Assembly: GCA_030704615.1 (NCBI GenBank)
Contig: CM060732.1
Location: 53,692,001 to 53,756,000 of the forward strand
Direction of reading: 5' to 3'
DNA length: 64,000 nt
DNA from: Takakia lepidozioides
Lineage: Eukaryota > Plantae > Bryophyta
Shown here one piece after another: positions 24,665-36,610 of the stretch. Within the stretch, counting starts at the first letter, position 1, and every line of letters starts with the position of its first letter. The position numbers and the translations under genes were made by a program. The notes beneath the pieces were generated by a model that saw only the letters and a program-made list of their open reading frames with translations, did no database searches and had not been told where the DNA came from.

Positions 24665-24950
24665 GCCTCTCATTTTACAATAATAGGGTCATGAACGCAA
24701 GAGTGCGAGAAGGACGGTGGGCCCCTCATCCGAACAAGGGGCGCCCCCTACCCACCCGCCGCCGCTGCCCGCGGTCGCCCACGGCCGCCGCAGCTGCCCC
24801 TCCCAGGCTCCGTCCACCGGCCGGTCCGCTGGGGCTAGTCCGCTCCCTGTAGTCCGCGTGTCCGCGTGTCCGCCCGCCCACAAGATCTGGGCCGTCCACG
24901 ACGAATCCCATCGCAGCCCTCCAATTTAGTTCCTTATCTCTGCCGCCTGC
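24665..24950 (+). repeat. Left terminal inverted repeat of the MULE
   Basis: Reverse complement of 38205-38553, GC-rich, with indels. Confidence 0.9.
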
Positions 24951-25065
24951 CATCTGCCACCAGCTGTAAACGTGGGTCCTGTTTCTCCGTGCACGTTCTC
25001 CATCGTGTCCTGCGGCGCTTTCGTTGCAGGTTCTTCTGGAGCGTGTGTTCTGCACTGTACAGGGC

Positions 25066-28000
25066 ATGGACGTAGGAGCGGAAGCCGACGACATTCAGCA
25101 ATTTGAGAGCCGGCTTATATGCCCTCTTCGACAAAGTCTGCAAACACCGAAACCAGGACCTTTCAACAATAAGGACATCCATTGGAAGTGTGAAACGCAA
25201 CGTTTAGGGGGGTGCAAGTGCGTGTTAAAAAGGCCTGTATACCTTGGGATAGAGTTGCGGACTTCGTCCATGGAGAGGAGAGTGTGGAGGACTGCCCCAC
25301 TCAATATTGGGTACATGTGCACAGTAAAGTGGACGCCGGAGTGCGGAAAGCTCCCAGAGGGAACACCTTCTTGAGCAGTATCATGTGTGCACCATCCTCA
25401 TTGTGGTTTAGGGATGTCACTGCATTGTTGTTGTGATTTGTATTTGTCTCCGACTGTGGCTTCCATAAGTCCATAGGTTGATATTTTGGCTTTTGAATTC
25501 CATTTGATAGGTATCAATGCTGCCACGGACCCGACAACAATCGTACGGTCAATGCAACTGTCGAGGATCCAAAACAAAAGCGTGGAGGTCCGGATGTGGG
25601 TGTTGGCACTAAACACCCGCACAAAGGCCCAAGAAGGAAGAAGTCGGACTACGGAGAGTCGTACAAGCGCGGGTGCCTTTGTTGTTTCAAAGTGTAGCAA
25701 TCTTATCTTGCCCCGGACATTTGTGTCCTCACATACTACAACAACATGGAGCACGTCGATGCCCTAGGAAAACCCTCCCATGGCAAGACCGCAGAGTCCA
25801 GGAACACACGGGCAGCCTACGCACCCCGCATTAGCCAGGAATTGAAAGCCTGGGTCGTTGAGTGTTTGTGCCGACGCCTCACGGTCGCACAAATCATGAT
25901 GGAAACAAGGAGCATGTCATGAACAACACATGTTTGGGAGATGCATGGACACATGATGATTTCCTCCTCGAGCAAGATGTCCGCAACCTGGCTGAGAAAC
26001 GGGCGTGGCAGACGTTCAAAAAACATGCCAACGATGCCGACAGTGTCCGCATGTGGAAAGACCTGAACCCCGCATTAGTCTTCTTCTATCGAGAAGAAAC
26101 ATTGGCGCCAACCTTCAAGCATTATGATGGAGATTTGACATTCACTATTGGCATTCAAACTGAGTGGCAGAAGCAGAGAATGCTTCAATTGGGACATGCG
26201 CGTATCGTTGCATACGATGCAACCTTCGGGACAAATCACCACAAGGTACGATTCATCCCTCTTACCATTTCTGCAAATCAATTGTTCGTAGGATGTTGCA
26301 GATTGGAACCAACTGACATAGTGACATAGTGCATCTGAACAGTTCCCATTGTACACGTTGATGGTTTTCGACGAGTGGCTGAACGGTATACCAGTTGCGT
26401 ACATCATATCCGCCAAGAATAGGACAACAGACCTGGTGCCGTGGATGACAGCCTTGCGTGGCCGACTCCACGCAGATATGCCGACCTGGCGACCCAATGC
26501 CTTCATTGTCGATGATGCGGACGCTGAAATCAATGCTATAAGGTGAGTCTTCCATACCTCAACAGACACCCACTGTCGAAGTCCTCTGGCATGCAACTGT
26601 CGTCATAGTGTGCTTTGGCAGAGTCTGTGGCAGAGTCGCGTGCGACAGTTTACTGAGAGACTCGCATGCGCGAGTCTGCTGGCAGACTGGACTCGGACCA
26701 AGTCGCGTGGGCAAGCTTGACTCGCCCGACCAAGTCGCTGGCAGACTCGTCAAGCCGAGTCCGCCAGAAGACTCGCAGGGGCGAGTCTGCTGGCACCCTT
26801 CATGGGTCTGCTGGCAGACTTGGGAGGGGAAGTCGGCCCGCCAGACCCGTAGGCAGTGTCTTGCGAGAAAGTTCGTGTAGGGGTTGGTGTGGAGTCTGCT
26901 TTGGGCTACTTGGCTGGTAGACACGCCTGCGCCAGTACCCTGGCAGACTCGCATGCGCAATTCCGCTAGCAGACTCGACTCGGAGACTCCGCTGCACACT
27001 CGTGTGGGCGAGTCCGCTTGCAGTCAACAGACCAACTCCGCTGGCAGACTTGCGTGGGCGAGTCTGCTGGTACACTGAATGGGCCGAGTCCGCTGGCAGA
27101 CTCGTCAGGCGGCGTCCGCCACAAGACTCGCAGGGCCAAGTCCGCTGCCACGCTTCATGGGTCTGCTAGCAGACTTGGGAGGGGAAGTCAGCCCGCCACA
27201 CCCGCAGGTAGTATCTTACCACCAAGTCCGTTTAGGGGTTGGTGTGACGTTTAGGGTTTGTCTCTAGCACTCGGATGGTGTCCACCAACCGGAGTTCCCT
27301 CTGAAGTGCCTCATGTGGATGTGTTATGTGCAGGGTTGCTTTCAAAGGAGTCCTCATTTTCCTGTGCCTTTGGCATGTCCGCAAGGCATGGGTAAAGCAA
27401 TCATGCCAGAAGACCAAAGATCCCGTCACAACAGCAAACGTGTTGAAGGATATAGGAGACCTCATGTACTGTAGAGGTGGACCAAGCGATACCAAAAAAA
27501 TGCTTCTATGGGTTGCCAAAACAATCAGGGACATGAGAAAGAAATATCGGAATGCCCGGGAATTTTTAAAGTACATCGACAAGGAATGGTCTCCTAAAAT
27601 AACAATGTGGTGTACTGCTGCTCGTCATGTTCCACATGCCAATCAATACACAAATGCTAGCATTGAGGCATACCATGGAAACTTGAAGGCTAGGCTGAGG
27701 ATGGGGAAAGGCAAAATGACTAGTCGAAGAGTCGATTGGCTAATATGGAAACTCACGGGCCGTGTGCTCACACACTACTGGTACGCAATTCATTTGAAGA
27801 CACATGGGTTCATACGCAATGACAAACAGGAAAAGTACATATCTAGCTCTGTGCTAGCGGCCAGGGACATTCCAGCGAGCAATGTGACTCTACCCTTGGT
27901 GGAAGGACAATCAGCGTATGTGCTAAGCAGCAATCACCCAAACACTACCTACATTGTTTACAACCCTGGATCGAATTGGGCTTTTTGCACTTGCCCATGG

Positions 28001-28558
28001 GAAATTAAAGGCAATTTGTGCAAACACCAAGTGAAAGTGCTGAAGTTGCTTCATCCCGACTTGCAGGATGGACTCATAGTGCGTGCATGTGGCACGGCGC
28101 TCGGAACCATACATGGAGGATTGTATAATCTGATGTTGGATACAACGACTGTCGCGATGGACAGACCTGTGGAGGATTGTGACTTTGCACCCCTCGAGGA
28201 ACCCGTCTACGTCCCACTGAGTATGGCCGAAGAATGGTCAGATATACTTCGTATTGTGGGTGATGACAAGTACCTCGAGACACATGTGCTGTCGTGCCTT
28301 CGAATCTGTAGAGGGCAGCTTGTTGATATCCTGGCCAAAAGTGCTGTTGGGATGCTACATCCTCGTGCAGCAAAACCTTTCCGACCTGTTGACGACAATA
28401 ATTTGTCTCTGAAAAGGAAGAGAGATTTTGTCGAAGCATGGAAAACCCGACCCAGAGTCTTGCGGAGAACGCGCAATAGGGTGTATACCCCAACACCTGC
28501 AACGAAAATATACTCTAGAATTGTTAAGGTTTCAGACCGTTTGGCGGGACCCAAGTAG
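25066..28558 (+). pseudogene. MULE transposase with SWIM zinc finger (4 exons; introns at about 25385-25510, 26245-26342, 26543-27333); a few frameshifts and a stop
   Basis: IPWDRVADFVHGE, KRGCLCCF, FTIGIQTEWQ. Catalytic AYDATFGTN (D), FIVDDADAE (D), CLWH (CxxH), TNASIEAYH (E). SWIM CTCPWEIKGNLCKH. Confidence 0.9.
26543..27333. repeat. Transposase intron built from palindromic GAGTCTGCTGGCAGACTC-type units, with a diverged ~160-bp direct duplication
   Basis: Repeated gtctgctggcagac variants; 26730-26892 resembles 27087-27246. Confidence 0.85.
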
Positions 28559-29185
28559 ACAACATACTCACACATCAAAACAATGTTATGCCATCATATT
28601 CCATGCAGAGAAATAAAAGGTCCACAATCTGCTTGAGAGTGCATACATGTTTGCATCATTAACAGCCTAGAAGTGCATTCCATCAGAGTTCAGAGCGCCC
28701 CACCGTCTAGTTGCGGAAGACTGGGCATTCTGCTCAACAGACCCGCGGAAATGGCCAAACAGACTACTAAGCAGACTGCACAAGTACCGAATAACACTGC
28801 CAAGTCTGTTGATGGTTTTCGGCTAACAGACTGGGTGGTCCAGCAGACATACAATATGGACTGACTATGTGGTCTTCTGCACTGTCCATCGGACTGCTCC
28901 CACGGAGCGTACTCGCCCAGACACGGAGCCCAACTGCACACATATAAACTATGCATCAAAGTGCCACACAGTCTGCCGAGCAGACTGATGAGCGGCCAGC
29001 ACACTGCGCGACAGACTTCTCAGCATGCAACAGACTAGCCGGCAGACTGCTCAGCGGCTAGCAGACTGCGCGACAGACTGGTCAAACAGACGGAGACTGC
29101 TGTAGTCTGCTAACAGTAGTTAATAGTAGAACCAAGGAGTATGCCCAAGTGAGGACGTGGGGTGGTTGTCTACTGGACTGTATTG

Positions 29186-29662
29186 TATTGTCACTACCTC
29201 CCCGTGTCGGGATTGGGTAATTTGCGCGCCTGCTGCCTTCCTTGGATGTGGTAGCCGTTTCTCAGGCTCCCTCTCCGGAATCGAACCCTAATTCTCCGTC
29301 ACCCGTTACCACCATGGTAGGCCTCTATCCTACCATCGAAAGTTGAAAGGGCAGAAATTTGAATGAAACATCGCCAGCGCTGGGGCCGTGCGATTCGACG
29401 AGTTATCATGATTCACCGCGTTACCGGGCAAGCCCGCATCGGCCTTTTATCTAATAAATACGTCCCTTCCAGAAGTCGGGAGTTGGTGCACGTATTAGCT
29501 CTAGAATTACTATGGTTATCCGAGTAGCAAGGTACCATCAAAGAAACTATAACTGATTTAATGAGCCATTCGCAGTTTCACAGTACAAAAGAGTTTATAC
29601 TTACACATGCATGGCTTAATCTTTGAGACAAGCATATGACTACTGGCAGGATCAACCAGGTA
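29186..29662 (-). rRNA. 18S rRNA: 5' fragment (about 480 nt) of nuclear 18S rRNA gene; non-functional copy inside the MULE
   Basis: Minus strand begins TACCTGGTTGATCCTGCCAGTAGTCATATGCTTGTCTCAAAGATTAAGCC and runs to GGGAGGTAGTGACAATA. Substitutions at conserved sites (GATAACCaTAG, GCCCTtTCAAC). Confidence 0.97.
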
Positions 29663-29785
29663 GCTATCCTCTGCCGACACCGGGGCCAACATGGTCAACA
29701 TGCTGGGGCCCGGGTCGACCTCGTCCTTCCGGGACGGGGACTGCGCTCGCACGTAGCGTGCCTCGGAGCCGCAAGCGGCCCCGGC
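29663..29785 (-). other. Probable 5' external transcribed spacer adjoining the 18S fragment
   Basis: GC-rich block contiguous with the 18S 5' end, unlike the AT-richer flank beyond about 29790. Confidence 0.65.
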
Positions 29786-29903
29786 TTTTGACGAACTTGC
29801 ATAGGTGGGAATAGTATGAGTGCATGTAGGCCTTCATCTCAGAAAATATTACATACATTCAGAATGTGAATTGAAACAACATTGAATGTATATATTTATT
29901 TCC

Positions 29904-32900
29904 TCAAGGGAGCAGTTTTTCTGCATCGTCCAAAACAGCGAATATACTTTACACACTGCAATCGTTGCAGTAACGGAAACCTGAAATTAAACCACCTTGG
30001 TGTGAAGGCTTGTCCTCTCTCTTTGGTTTTCTGCCTATCGCCTTTCAGTCAGTCGTAATACCCTTCAATGAAAGACATCACGTAAAACCCACACTCCCAA
30101 CTGAAAGGTTGTTGGGGCACTTCGGGAGAGTTGAACTGAAATGCCATTACTTCATCCCATTGTGGAGTCCCAACAGCATATCCAAAGCACCCTGCATGCA
30201 CCTTCCGAATCCAACCAAGGAGCTGTACGCAAGTATGCATTTCCCTCCGGGAGTTCAAGTGGGTGTAGGCACCTTTCCTTAGGTTGATGATAATGACGCT
30301 CCAGTGGCACCTTCAATGTAAAAATGAACATGCCCCACAATTTCATTAGTCCCAAACCCGACAGACTCTGCAGACCAACAGACAAACATACTCGGCTGTC
30401 CAAATGGCCAATTGCCGAACACACACAGCACTCCAACAGATGCAACGGACTAGCAGTTCAGCAGACCAACAGTCCAAGAGTGCAGGAGTCGAACAGACCA
30501 TGACGTCCAACTCACATGATAGTCGAACAGACCATGAGGTCGAACACACACAGAAGACCCAACATTCAGCAGACAGCAAAATGTGCAACAAGTCCATCGG
30601 GTCTTACCCTTGCAAGACCGGCACCAATATATGAGTGCAGTCTTTAATGTCTTTGCCAAGTCGCGCAGGAGTCAAGGCACCATCAAGGTTTGTCACCAAA
30701 GTTTCGCGTGGGGCTGTATCAAAAGTCTGGAAAACAGACCACGTCGACGTTGGCAAAAGAGCGACAGTGCCATACGTCCTCGAGTCTAGGGTGTTCTCGA
30801 AAAAACGACACCAGACATCCAAAAGTCTGTCCGAGCACTCCGACTCAACCACGTTCAGTGCTTTCAGGTCTTCCGGCGCAATGCCACATCGGAACCGCGA
30901 GTCTCCTTCGAAAAAATACACCGTGCTATTCCCAGCAGCTACATGTATAGACATCAATCGCCGGAAACGACTTTCAATCCTGCACATACTGTCAAACCCC
31001 ACCAAGACATCACTCATTCCACAATGTCCAAAAACTTCAGTCTGCTACACAGTCTTAGCATACCGATGAGGGAAACTGAATTACCAGAAAGTCCAGAAAC
31101 CAAAGTCAAGGGAGACTCTTAGCAGACCGACCAACAGACCCGATAATCAGGCAGTGGACATTCGGACATTCGGACAGTGGAGTGCATTGTCACAGCAGAC
31201 CGAACAATAGACCTGACAATCAACAAAGTCGACAAACACAACTGTGGGTCACAGTCACAGCAGACCGAGTACAGACCTTACAAGACTGCAGACAAGAAGC
31301 CAGTAGACTGCCAGAAAATGCATACCTGCAAAGGCAACTTTAAAAGAACACGACCAAGCAGCAGACACATATGACTTACTTCTTTGACGCCAGTAACTCT
31401 GCCACCTCCTTGTCCATGTCCAAACACAATCGGCGGTCATTGTTCATAAACACATCTGACTTGTCTTTCCTGGCTGGTCTCTTTTGAACATGACCCTCTC
31501 CAGTCTCCTTGACCGCCTCAACGACCGGACGTTTTTGGGCTTTTCCTCTTTCTGCTTGGACGGAGGCGCTTTCTACCGCAATGCCTGGGACGACTTGCCC
31601 AGACTGCCGCAATATTGCAACTCTGCTGCGCAGCAGAAGAGTGTCAGTCGGTTTGTTGACAATTGCCGGTCCAGTCCTCGCAGCCTCACGAATGGCATGC
31701 GTTGAACTAACATGAGAATCGGGCGGTGTGAGCAGACCGCCTGTCTTTGTTGTTGACCCAACATTGGCAGGAGCAGGAGCAGACAGAGACGGCGAAGGCA
31801 AAGTCTGCTTGCGGACGTCCTTAACTGTCGCCTCATTGAAACTCTCCTGGGCGGGCTGTATAGGAGTCTGCTGGACATACTTTGAAGAAGTCTCCTTGGA
31901 AAACTCAAGTGCAGTCATCTGTTCAGTCTATTGGAGAGGGTCTACTGCAGTCTGCTGGGAATTGTTTACTACAGTCTATTGGGGTGTGTCTGCTGAAGCC
32001 AACCGGACAGACTCATGCACAGTCCGGTGGGCAGGGCCTACTTCTGCAGTCTCCTGGGTAGACTCATGCGCAGTCGGGTGGGACGGGTCTGCTGCTGCAG
32101 TCACCTGGGCAGACTCATGCGCAGTCTGGTGGGCAGGGTCTGTTGCTGTAGTCACCTGGGTAGACTCATTCGCAGTCTGGTGGGCAGGGTCTGCTGCTAC
32201 AGTCACCTGGGCAGACTCATGTGCAGTCGGGTGGGCAGAGTCTGCTGCAGTCTTCCGGGCAGACTCTCTAAGCAGGGCAGTCACCTCGGTGGAGTCTTGT
32301 GTTGTCTGCTGACCAGAGTCTTGTGAACTCGTCTGAGCAGACCTGTGTATAGTCTCTTGGGCAGAGTAATGTGGAGTCTTGCGGATACTTTGTTGGGCGT
32401 GGGAGTCATCTGCAGTCTCCGGGGCAATGTCGTTGGTAGACTCCGGAACAATGCCATCTGCACCCACGGCAGTCTCCTGCCTACTCTGCTGGACAACTCC
32501 CCGTGCAGTCTGTTGGACAGTCTCCTGCCCTTTATCCCAGTTAGTCTCCTAGCCAGTGTACTCTACAGTGTCCACGGTAGTCTCCTTTCTGGTCGTCTGT
32601 GCACTCCCATTGGCAGTTTTGTCAGTCTGTTGCCTGTCCTACTTTGCCATACAATGGTTCTGGTCTTGTAGGCGCACCAGCAGACTATCAATTTCACCAT
32701 CAAGTAAGTTTTGAGGGTCTGCTGACAGAACAGACTTGGGGTTGAAAGCGGTGGGAAGGGTGCAATCAGAGACATGTAGAGCCGGGTTGGCTTGAATTCC
32801 CTCATCGGATTCTGCTGTAAGGTCTATGATGCGGTTTACTGGTCTACAGGTCGGTTCGCTCACTTCAAATTCATCAATGACTCTCGTCAGTGAACGAACA

Positions 32901-35900
32901 AAGACAGGGCTAAGCTCAAAAGTCATACGGGATGATAGATACTAAGGATTTACCGAGGTCATAGTTACATCGTGTGGGCTAAAGTGTGTGGGTGAACTTA
33001 TCCGGTGGGGGAAAGTCGATTCTGGCACCGTTGACAAAGGGTTGGCAGACATTAAAAAGTTGGGTTGGGCAGATGATGTCCGTTTCAATTGGGTCAAATG
33101 CTCAGACATCCACTGTTGGTCAGGCCGTTGAATGTGCCACTGTCCTGTTATAACAGACTCAGTAACAAATGTTGTGGGCAAGTCGTGGAGGACAGTCTGT
33201 GGAGGGTACTGTTCAGCAGACTCCACTGAGGTCTGCTGTGAGGTCTTTTGGGTCTTCTGGCAATGCTGTTTCGCAATGGGAGTGTTCTTTTTAGTGTCAT
33301 CCTGAGTCTTCTATTCAGTCTGTTTGCGAGTCTCCTGGTCACAGGCGTCTCGAGACTCCACAGTAGTCTGCTGATTTCCCAAGGCAGTCTGCTCCATGAC
33401 ATGTCTTGTCTGCTCAAGACAGAGATTGATAAGCAGGGGAAGAGAGCTGCTCTACCATGCTTGCCTCGTGTCCATCTCCGTCTCCCATGGCCAGTCTGCT
33501 AAGACTCCAAACTAGTCTGCTGAGTCTGCATACCAGTCCGCTGAAAATCCCCGACAGTCCCCTGAGAACTCCCCCTAGCCTGCCGGACCTGGCCAGCCTT
33601 ACGGACAGTCCCCTGGTTTTCATGACCCTGCACAGCCAGGACAACCTCTCTGGCAGCCCTGGCAAGGGAGTCGAAAGCACTTAGCATGCGATTTCCAGGT
33701 CCCACTGTCCGCCCTGCATGGAACACAAAAAACGATATAAACAAATGCGGTGGAGGATTGGCGGGGGGGGGGGGGCAGCAGTAAATGAGATAGAGCAGCG
33801 CGTGAGTACCTTCCAGCAGATTTCCAACGAGTCTGATGTCTTTCATTTGGCGGTCCAGCAGTGCAGAATCAAGGTGGGCAAGCGCGGAACTGCGGCCGTG
33901 ATGCGGTGAGCCAGACCACAATACTCTGAACACGTCTGGTTTGAGCAAGACAATGTCAAAGACAGCACGGTCCATTACATACGAGAACCACAACATAGCC
34001 TCATCTACAACAGACTCTCGTGCTTGTGATCCATGTGTAACAGACTCTCCTGCCTGTGATCCATGTAGGAAGTTTTGCCAAAGAGTGGGCAAGTCCTTCA
34101 ACAACTTCTTGTATGATGTGAAATTTCCAAACTGCATCCACCAATGCTGCAAGAACGATGATGCCATCCGGTCGAAGTGGACCGCAGTCACTACGGACAA
34201 GTGCTTCTTGCGGACACCAAACGTTGGGTGTGCCATAGCTATATGCCGCACCTCCTCCGGGCGAGGGTCATCCATAAGGAGGAGTTGAACAAGGAGTGGC
34301 GGTTCATTTACTTCACTCAAAGAAGAAACAACAACTTTCCCTGCTTGCTCCAGAACATGGTTGGCTTCTTCCGTAGTATACTCCATGGAATAGAGATAGA
34401 GGACAAAGGGCCACCTCCGGCCTGTTACAATGTGGTGCAGGTCACTGTTCCAGTCCACATGGGCACTTGTGTCACCAATCCTGAAGCGGGGAAGTGTAGG
34501 ATCCTCTGCGTTCTTCGGCGCCACCGGTAACGGCGATCTCCACACCCCAAAAATGACCACAGTGGAGGGGAAATGGGCATAGTCTTCACCCTGTCCAATT
34601 GGCCCAGTCTCAGGTATGAGGTCTGCTGAGGCGTGGTTCGGTCTGCCCAGGTGCAAGGAGTCTTGCTCATGATTGTTGGCGTGTGCTTCACTGTGCTTTG
34701 GTGTGATGAGGTCTGTTGGGGTCTCTTGAGGTCTGTGGTGGTCTGCTGTGTTCTCCTGAGGAGTGATGAAGTCAGCGGTCTGCTGGAGGGGACCTGCCAA
34801 CTCCGTGTCAAGTTCGTCTATGGCGGCTGCTGATCCGGGGTATTTCATCAAAATGTACTCGCGAAACCGCTGCACTTCAAGCCGCACCTCACGCACTTGC
34901 AAAGGAGGTTCCTGACGTGGCGTCCGCCAAATTGATATGGCTTTGCGAATAGACTGAGCAGTGTGCTGTGCAACAAAAGACAAATGAGCTTCATCGGACA
35001 GACCGGATCCATTGGACTCATTGAATTTAATGACACTCAGTAGATAATCAACAGACCATCAGCAGACCACAATACTCAGCAGACCATAATATTTAGCAGA
35101 CACTCATACCTTAGCAGACAATCTGGACTTCAGCAGACAAAAACATTTCAGAAGACCTAATTATGGACGTATACAGTCTGGTGAAGATGAGCAGACTACG
35201 CGACAACACAAGAAATAGGTTTGTCGGCTTCACCACAAGTCGGGTCATACGGGAGCTGGCAGCTATGCAGCAAAACACACACGATTGTGAGGGCATTCGG
35301 AGCTCTAAGATCTCTCAGCAGACCATGGCAATGAGCAGACCACTGCCTTTAGCAGACTCCAGAGACTGGGGCAGAATAAGCATGTCATGAACTATGGACG
35401 TGCATAGTCTACTGAAGTTCAGCAGACTAATCGACAGTAGTCCCAAAAAAATGTATAAAATTGCAGGAATGGTTTGATAGCATTACCTCGTCAAGTATGT
35501 TGCCCGCATCCCCATCACGCATGGCATTCAACCACTTTTCTTCGGCTTCCCGAATACTTGATGTTATTCGTCCTGTCTGCACATATCTGAAGAAAAAGGG
35601 GAAGAACTGCGGATCGTCTTGGGGTGGGCAAACTGGTGGGAGAACGCCAAACCGAAGTAGGTGCAACATTCCCGGGCAGGCTGGACCAGCAGACTTGTGG
35701 GTGGTCTTTTCAGGTCCCATATCTTCGGTCTGCCCAACCCGCAGACCAGGCTGCTGGGTCTCCTGGGCGGTGTGGGCAAGAGAGGTGTTGTCGTCGAGGC
35801 TGTCTATGAGCATGTCCAAGTTTGTCCTCTCAGATAAGGCAATATCCACTGCACTGGACAGTGGACCTTGCCCTTCGAAGTCATTATTTTGGATGATGTT

Positions 35901-36610
35901 GTCGGTACGCTCGGCAGACCGGCAGGGCTGAACATCGGCAGACTCAGACTCCCTGGAGGAACTGATGGGTATAGTCTGTCGGGACCGTCTAGTCCGGCGC
36001 ACATCGGGCGGACTCCCATGTAGGCCCGCAATGCTTGCATCCCGAGCAGAGCCTGCCTGACGCGCTTCGGACGGACCCCCCTACAGGACTGACAGGTTTG
36101 CATCGCGAGCAGACCTTGCCGCTTTCGCTGCCGCTTTTTTTTTGCCCCAGCACTGAGTTTTTGCTTGCGGGGAGGCACAGGCACTTCCTCCAGACTGCCT
36201 AGTTGCATCCTTCCAGCAGCCTGCCAGTACCGTTGGCGCAATTCCTCTGTACTTCGCGGAATTGGGTTTGCGCCACGGCTATTGAAAACAGCCTCATCTT
36301 TAGCTTTCTGCGATACCGGTATGGGCCACGGCTTGAAATTCGGTGGAATGGTGCCCTTGCAACCTATGTCCACACAATGGCGGTTCAACTGGATGTTGTC
36401 CTTTATGGCTTCCTCACAGAAAGGACACCTGAGCCTATCCTTCTTCCATTTTGGGTTCTCCTCCTTGGCTACATGGAGATCAATACATGCTTCCACTATT
36501 TTGCGATCGTACTCCTGTGGGGAGTACCAATATCTTTGCAGCTTCTTCAAACACGTGACGTGCACAAAGTCAATCCAGTCGGGTCCGCCCTTCGCGCAGG
36601 CTTCCTCCAT
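29904..36610 (-). pseudogene. Large multi-exon MULE accessory gene (or two genes): N-terminal zinc-finger-like region, unknown domain, low-complexity repeats, C-terminal Ulp1/C48 SUMO protease
   Basis: ORFs 35804-36610 (CPFCEE...LNRHCVDIGC), 35427-36002, 33499-34983, 31376-32467 and 30604-31017 (ILVPVLQG), spliced to CHWSVIII...HLNS...VPQQPFSWECGFYVM (30311-30049). GT-AG junctions visible. Confidence 0.8.
31990..32290. repeat. 51-bp coding tandem repeat (17 aa, TAADPAHQTAHESAQVT), about 5-6 copies
   Basis: Unit gtcacctgggcagactcatgcgcagtctggtgggcagggtctgctgctgca within minus-strand ORF 31976-32467. Confidence 0.9.

Noticed and set aside
26559-27267. Multiple overlapping ORFs in the ORF track
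   Set aside because: They lie in the GT-AG intron of the transposase and arise from stop-poor repeats.
29186-29662. Functional rDNA locus or an rRNA-derived SINE
   Set aside because: Only the 5' quarter of 18S is present, with no ITS/5.8S/26S. No TSD, LINE-like tail or second copy supports a SINE.
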